Below are positions 57,512 to 64,000 of a stretch of DNA of 64,000 nucleotides, one piece after another (position 1 is the first letter of the stretch; every line of letters begins with the position of its first letter). A program made the translations under genes and the position numbers. The stretch comes from Macrostomum lignano (Eukaryota), in contig NIVC01002606.1 in the NCBI GenBank assembly GCA_002269645.1, forward strand, positions 1 to 64,000, read 5' to 3'. The notes below the pieces were generated by a model. That model ran no database searches and had not been told where the DNA came from. It saw only the letters and a program-made list of their open reading frames with translations.

Positions 57512-58299
57512 TCATATCTAAATATACTAAATCTCTAAGGTTTGTATGTTTGAATGCTTGTCCATAACGCTCTAGAGATCGCAATTCTTCACCGATTTTG
57601 ATCGTGTTTTCGCCAAAAGATTCAAAATTGTCTGGAAAGAAGACGGTTAAAATTTCTTGTATCTGCTTCAATGCTAAAGGGATTAAATATTCGAAAAACA
57701 GTTTTAAATGGGCGAATTCAATGCAAATTTTATCAGCGAGAAACTTCACAGCTAATTTTAATTGATTGCGCCAGAGCCAACTGATAAGAAAACTCACTGG
57801 GCCCCAACTTAAAGGGGGGCAATAAAAAATTATTCTGGCTGCTGGCAGCCAGCTCTAATTAGCTAGTCTTCTATCTTCTAATCTAAATATACTAAATCTC
57901 TAAGGTTTGTATGTTTGAATGAATGTCCATAACGCTCTAGAGAGAGCAATCTAAATATACTAAATCTCTAAGGTTTGTATGTTTGAATGAATGTCCATAA
58001 CGCTCTAGAGAGAGCAATTCTTCACTGATTTTGATCGCGTTTTCGCCAAAAGATTCAAAATTGTCTGGAAAGAAGACAGTTAAAATTTCTTTAATCTGCT
58101 TCAATGCTAAAGGGATTAAATATTCGAAAAACTGTTTTAAATGGCCTTTTTCAATGCAAATTTTATCAGCCAGAAACTTCACTGCCAATTTTAATTGATT
58201 GCGCCAGAGCCAACTGATAAGAAAACTCACTCCGCTCCACTTAAAGGGGGGCAATAAAAAAATTATTCTGGATGCTGGCAGCCAGCTCTAATTATCTAG
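57512..58299 (+). mobile_element. Two head-to-tail short non-autonomous Helitron-like elements (~57512-57866, 57867-58299)
   Basis: Each ends in a hairpin (CTGG.TGCTGGCAGCCAG) followed ~10 nt later by CTAG, and the next unit starts with TC. Confidence 0.65.
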
Positions 58300-58844
58300 T
58301 CCTATCCTATATACTAAAAATGAAAATCTTGCTTGCTTGCTTGCTTGTAATCGATTAGAGAAAAAATGGCTTAACCGATTTTCATGAGACTTGCACTGTT
58401 CGATCAGAAATTTTCCCGTGACAGTACATGCATCGTGGCTAAGAAATTGCTTGATGCTAAAGGCATTAAATATTCGAAAAACATGCTTTTTTGCAAAGGT
58501 CAAGCAAACTTTTCGACTTGAAATGCATTGTAAGAATGCTAGAGAAAAAATTGACTGGTTGATTCTGATTCTGAAATAGATTGCATCATAACTGAATTGT
58601 AACTCCAACTTGAATTGCGTCACAGTATTGAAAATGCAGTGTGGATTGCGTAACCATATTGTCAACTTTAATTGAGACTGATACTTAAGTGCTACAATTT
58701 CATTTATAAATTCGATAATAGCTAGCCTAGATGTGAACAGACTGGACTGCGAATGCAGCGACCTGGGTTCGAATCTTAGTAGTGAAAAGTTTTTTTATTA
58801 AAAGCTTTTATTAAAGGACAAATAAAGGACAAAAGGCGTCATGT

Positions 58845-61800
58845 AAAAAAGCATAGAAGCGTCATGTAAAAAATCATGGAAGCGTCATGTAAAAAATCAT
58901 AGAAGCGTCATGTAAAAAAATCATAGAAGCGTCATGTAAACAATCATAGAAGCGTCATGTAAAAAATCATAGAAGCGTCATGTAAAAAATCATAGAAGCG
59001 TCATGTAAAAAATCATAGAAGCGTCATGTAAAAAATCATAGAATCGTCATGTAAACAATCATAGAAGCGTCATGTAAACAATCATAGAAGCGTCATGTAA
59101 AAAATCATAGAAGCGTCATGTAAAAAAATCATAGAAGCGTCATGTAAAAAATCACAGAAACGTCATGTAAAAAATCATAGAAGCGACATGTAAAAAATCA
59201 TAGAAGCGTCATGTAAAAAATCATAGAATCGTCATGTAAACAATCATAGAATCGTCATGTAAACAATCATAGAAGCGTCATGTAAACAATCATAGAAGCG
59301 TCATGTAAACAATCATAGAAGCGTCATGTAAAAAATCATAGAAGCGTCATGTAAACAATCATAGAAGCGTCATGTAAACAATCATAGAAGCGTCATGTAA
59401 ACAATCATAGAATCGTCATGTAAAAATCATAGAAGCGTCATGTAAAAAATCATAGAAGCGTCATGTAAACAATCATAGAAGCGTCATGTAAAAAAATCAT
59501 AGAAGCGTCATGTAAACAATCATAGAATCGTCATGTAAACAATCATAGAAGCGTCTTGTAAAAAATAATAGAAGCGCATTGTAAAAAATCATAGAAGCGT
59601 CATGTAAACAATCATAGAAGCGTCATGTAAAAAATCATAGAAGCGTCATGTAAAAAATCATAGAAGCGTCATGTAAAAAAATCATAGAAGCGTCATGAAA
59701 AAAATGATAGAAGTGTCATGTAAAAAATCATAGAAGCGTCATGTAAAAAATCATAGAAGCGTCATGTAAACAATCATAGAAGCGTCATGTAAAAATTCAT
59801 AGAAGCGTCATGTAAAAAATCATAGAAGCGTCATGTAAACAATCATAGAAGCGTCATGTAAAAAATCATAGAAGCGTCATGTAAAAAATCATAGAAGCGT
59901 CATGTAAAAAATCATAGAAGCGTCATGGAAAAAATCATAGAAGCGTCATGTAAACAATCATAGAATCGTCATGTAAAAAATCATAGAAGCGTCATGTAAA
60001 AAATAATAGAAGCGTCATGTAAACAATCATAGAAGCGTCATGGAAAAAATCATAGAATCGTCATGTAAACAATCATAGAAGCGTCATGTAAAAAAATCAT
60101 AGAAGCGTCATGTAAAAAAATCATAGAAGCGTCATGTAAAAAATCATAGAAGCGTCATGTAAAAAATCATAGAAGCGTCATGTAAACAATCATAGAAGCG
60201 TCATGTAAACAATCATAGAAGCGTCATGTAAACAATCATAGAAGCGTCATGTAAAAAATAATAGAAGCGTCATGTAAAAAATCATAGAAGCGTCATGTAA
60301 AAAATCATAGAAGCGTCATGGAAAAAATCATAGAAGCGTCGTGTAAACAATCATAGAAGCGTCATGTAAAAAATCATAGAAGCGTCATGTAAAAAATCAT
60401 AGAAGCGTCATGTAAAAAATCATTGAAGCGTCATGTAAAAAATCATAGAATCGTCATGTAAACAATCATAGAAGCGTCATGTAAAAAATCATAGAAGCGT
60501 CATGTAAAAAATCATAGAAGCGTCATGTAAAAAATCATTGAAGCGTAATGTAAAAAATCATAGAATCGTCATGTAAACAATCATAGAAGCGTCATGTAAA
60601 AAATCATAGAAGCGTCATGTAAGCAATCATAGAATCGTCATGTAAACAATCATAGAAACGTCATGTAAAAAATCATAGAAGCGTCATGTAAAAAATCATA
60701 GAAGCGTCATGTAAAAAATCATGAAGCGTCATGTAAAAAATCATAGAAGCGTCATGTAAAAAAATCATAGAAGCGTCATGTAAACAATTATAGAATCGTC
60801 ATGTAAAAAATCATAGAAGCGTCACGTAAACAATCATAGAAGCGTCATGTAAAAAATCATAGAAGCGTCATGTAAAAAATCATAGAAGCGTCATGTAAAA
60901 AATCATAGAAGCGTCATGTAAAAAATCATAGAAGCGTCATGTAAAAAATCATAGAAGCGTCATGTAAACAATCATAGAATCGTCATGTAAACAATCATAG
61001 AAGCGTCATGTAAACAATCATAGAAGCGTCATGTAAAAAATAATAGAATCGTCATGTAAACAATCATAGAAGCGCATTGTAAAAAATCATAGAAGCGTCA
61101 TGTAAAAAATCATAGAAGCGTCATGTAAGCAATCATAGAAGCGTCATGAAAAAAATCATAGAAGCGTCATGGAAAAAATCATAAAATCGTCATGTAAACA
61201 ATCATAGAAGCGTCATGTAAAAAATCATAGAAGCGTCATGTAAAAAATCATAGAAGCGTCATGTAAAAAATCATAGAAGCGTCATGTAAAAAATCATAGA
61301 AGCGTCATGTAAAAAATCATAGAAGCGTCATGTAAACAATCATAGAATCGTCATGTAAACAATCATAGAAGCGTCATGTAAACAATCATAGAATCGTCAT
61401 GTAAAAAATAATAGAAGCGTCATGTAAACAATCATAGAAGCGTCATGTAAAAAATCATAGAAGCGTCATGTAAAAAATAATAGAAGCGTCATGTAAACAA
61501 TCATAGAAGCGTCATGTAAAAAATAATAGAATCGTCATGTAAACAATCATAGAAGCGCATTGTAAAAAATCATAGAAGCGTCATGTAAAAAATCATAGAA
61601 GCGTCATGTAAACAATCATAGAAGCGTCATGTAAAAAATCATAGAAACGTCATGTAAACAATCATAGAAGCGTCATGTAAAAAATTATAGAAGCGTCACG
61701 TAAACAATCATAGAATCGTCATGTAAACAATCATAGAAGCGTCATGTAAAAAAATCATAGAAGCGTCATGTAAAAAATCATAGAAGCGTCATGTAAAAAA

Positions 61801-61870
61801 TCATAGAAGCGTCATGGAAGAATAAAAGAAGCGTCATGTAAAAATCAAAAGAAGCGTCATGTCAGACATG
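58845..61870. repeat. 23-bp satellite (CATGTAAAAAATCATAGAAGCGT)n
   Basis: About 130 copies; resumes at ~63955. Confidence 0.95.
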
Positions 61871-62695
61871 AAAGAAGTGTAATGTAAAAATTAAATGAAG
61901 CTGTGCTGTGCTGGGGAGACTTACTGAGATGTCAAGGCTCACGGAGAATAACTGAGATTACGGAGGGGGTGGGTTTCTGAGATGTCAAAGCAAAAGTCAG
62001 AAACTACTTCAAAGTACATGTACTTTACTCAATTTTTTTATTACATTCTTTGTTGGCTCGCCACGGGGGGGAGGCGCTGATAGAAGAAGAGTCATGTAAA
62101 AAAGAAAAGAAGCACTATGTATACATAAAAGAAGATTCATGTCGAAGTTAAAAGATTCATTTGGGAATTGCTACGATGTCAAGGCTTGGAGGGAATCGCT
62201 ATAGTGCTGTGATTCTTGAAGAAAGAATCACTAATTTGTCAAGGCTTAGGGGAGAAGAATTGCTGAGATTTCAAGGCTTTTATAGGTTGGGTTAAAGTTA
62301 GGTTTAGGTCAGGTTTGGGTTGAGGGTTAGATTTTAGCGGGTTTCAAAGTTAACAGGGGATTTTTCAGATATCAAGGTTTATGGGGGGCATTGCTGACAT
62401 TTCAAGGCTTATGGGGGGAATAGCTGAGATGTCAAGGCTTATGGGGGAATAAATGAGATGTCAAGGCTAAAGTCAGAAGCAACATGTAGTCTATTAAAAA
62501 GTTATTTTTCATTATTTGTTGGCTCCTCACGGGAGGGATCGCTGATAAAAAAGTGTAATGTAAAAAATAAGAAGCTTCATGTCGAAAATAAGAGATTCAT
62601 TTGGGAATCCCTACGATGTCGAGGCTTGCAGGGAATCGCTATAATGCTGTAGTGCTATAATGACTGTTGGAGAGAATTACTGAAATGTCAATGCT

Positions 62696-62740
62696 TTAGG
62701 GTTAGGGTTAGGGTTAGGGTTAGGGTAAGGTTAGGGTTAG
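62696..62740 (+). repeat. Interstitial (TTAGGG)n telomeric-type tract
   Basis: About 7 units; shorter degenerate tracts near 62290-62330, 63030-63090 and 63225-63250. Confidence 0.85.
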
Positions 62741-63360
62741 AAGTTTGACAGATTTTTTTAGATTTCTAGGCTTATTGGGGGCATTGCTGAAATGTCAAGG
62801 GGGAAGTTGATATGTTAAAGCTTGTGGGGGGGGGGAATTACTGACATGTCAAGGCTTACAAGGGACTTCTGATATATATTGCAAAAAGATTCTACATGTA
62901 CTTTATTACAAAACTTGTACTGCATTTTTGGCTCCCCGACGCTAAGATACTAAGCTAAAAAATACTACTAGCGCTTTACAAACTTATGCAGATGTCAGGC
63001 TGTAGGGTTAGTGTTCGGTTGGTATTATGGTTTAGGTTTAGGGTTAGGTTCAGGGTTATTGCGTTAAGATTCGTGTTAGGGTTAGGGTTAGAGTAGTTTA
63101 TAACTTTAGCTCATGTAGCTTATTAAAAATTTTTATCATGGAAGCATGATGCAAAAATAATGCAAGCGTCATGTAAAAATTATAGAAGCATCATGCAACA
63201 ACCCATGGACAAAATATTGAATTTAGGGTTTTGGTTAGGGTTAGGGTTAGTGTTAAAAGTTTGACAGGAGATTTCTTAAGATTTCAAGACTACATGTAGC
63301 TTATTAAAAAAACGTGTATTGCATTTCTTTGGCTCCCCAACGGGGGGCGTAGATTGCTAG

Positions 63361-64000
63361 TCCTTTATACTAAAAATGAAAATCTTGCTTGCTTGTAATC
63401 GATTAGAGAAAAAATGGCTTAACCGATTTTCATGAGACTTGCACTGTTTGATCAGAAATTTTCCCGTGACGGTACATGCATCTTGGCTAAGAAATTGCTC
63501 CATGTTAAAGCGATTAAATATTCGAAAAACATGCTTTTTTGCAAAGGTCAAGCAAACTTTTCGACTTGAAATGCATTGTAAGAATGCTAGAGAAAAAAAC
63601 TGACTGGTTGAATTCTGATTCTGAAATAGATTGCATCATAACTGAATTGTAACTCTGACTTGAATTGAAAATGCAGTGTGGAAGCGTAGCACCAGACTTG
63701 ATTTAAATTGCGTAACCATATTGTTAACTGATACTGACTGACTGAGAAATTGATTATGTCATAACTGCCTCGTGTGATTTACTCCATGCTTGGAGTTTTG
63801 AAACTTATAATTATAAGTGCTAAAATTCATGTTATCAAAACGATGAGAGCTAGCCTAGAGGTAAACAGACTGACTGCTAAATGCAGGGACGATGGTTCAA
63901 ATTTTGAGAGAGTGGAATTTTTTTAATTAAAGCTTTTTAACACCAAGAAGAAAACTAAAAAATCATAGAAGCGTCATGTAAAAAATCATAGAAGCGTCAT
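63361..64000 (+). mobile_element. Start of the next tandem copy of the composite Helitron-like unit (truncated by the window end)
   Basis: Homologous to 58300-58870, including the tRNA-like segment and the start of the 23-bp satellite. Confidence 0.65.

Larger units (their letters stand above)
58300..63360 (+). mobile_element. ~5-kb composite Helitron-like element carrying a tRNA-like segment, a 23-bp satellite and TTAGGG tracts
   Basis: Starts TC after CTAG; ends GCTCCCCAACGGGGGGC-N-CTAG at 63360; a homologous next unit starts at 63361 with the same head. Confidence 0.6.

Noticed and set aside
62696-63250. TTAGGG tracts as a true chromosome end
   Set aside because: Short, degenerate and internal; sequence continues.

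Overview
Eukaryotic (animal) genomic DNA. The GC/Ala-rich exons, minisatellite-filled introns and TTAGGG tracts resemble a free-living flatworm such as Macrostomum; this host assignment is inference only. The main feature is a complete ~16.6-kb endogenous Polinton/Maverick (adintovirus-type) element at 2907-19478, with ~607-bp terminal inverted repeats, 5'-AG...CT-3' ends and a 6-bp target-site duplication (AAGCCA). It encodes minor and major capsid proteins, a PZ-like protein, a small core-like protein, an A32/FtsK packaging ATPase, an adenain protease, a protein-primed PolB, an adenovirus pX-like protein, a retroviral-type integrase, a parvovirus-type PLA2 and several orphan ORFs. The orphans include a spliced HTH/acidic-tail gene and a pair of TIR-embedded ORFs. 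PolB, ATPase, protease, PZ and one membrane protein are interrupted, mostly by single-base shifts in homopolymers (possibly sequencing error), but PolB also has two in-frame TAG codons. The element sits in a 28-bp intronic satellite of a host RNase T2 gene, and the satellite unit contains the intron's own splice donor. The rest of the window holds two tandem MPP8-like (chromodomain-ankyrin) genes, a Syk/ZAP-70-like kinase, many minisatellites, a nested hAT-type MITE and a head-to-tail array of Helitron-like elements. All calls come from motif reading by eye; no searches were run.
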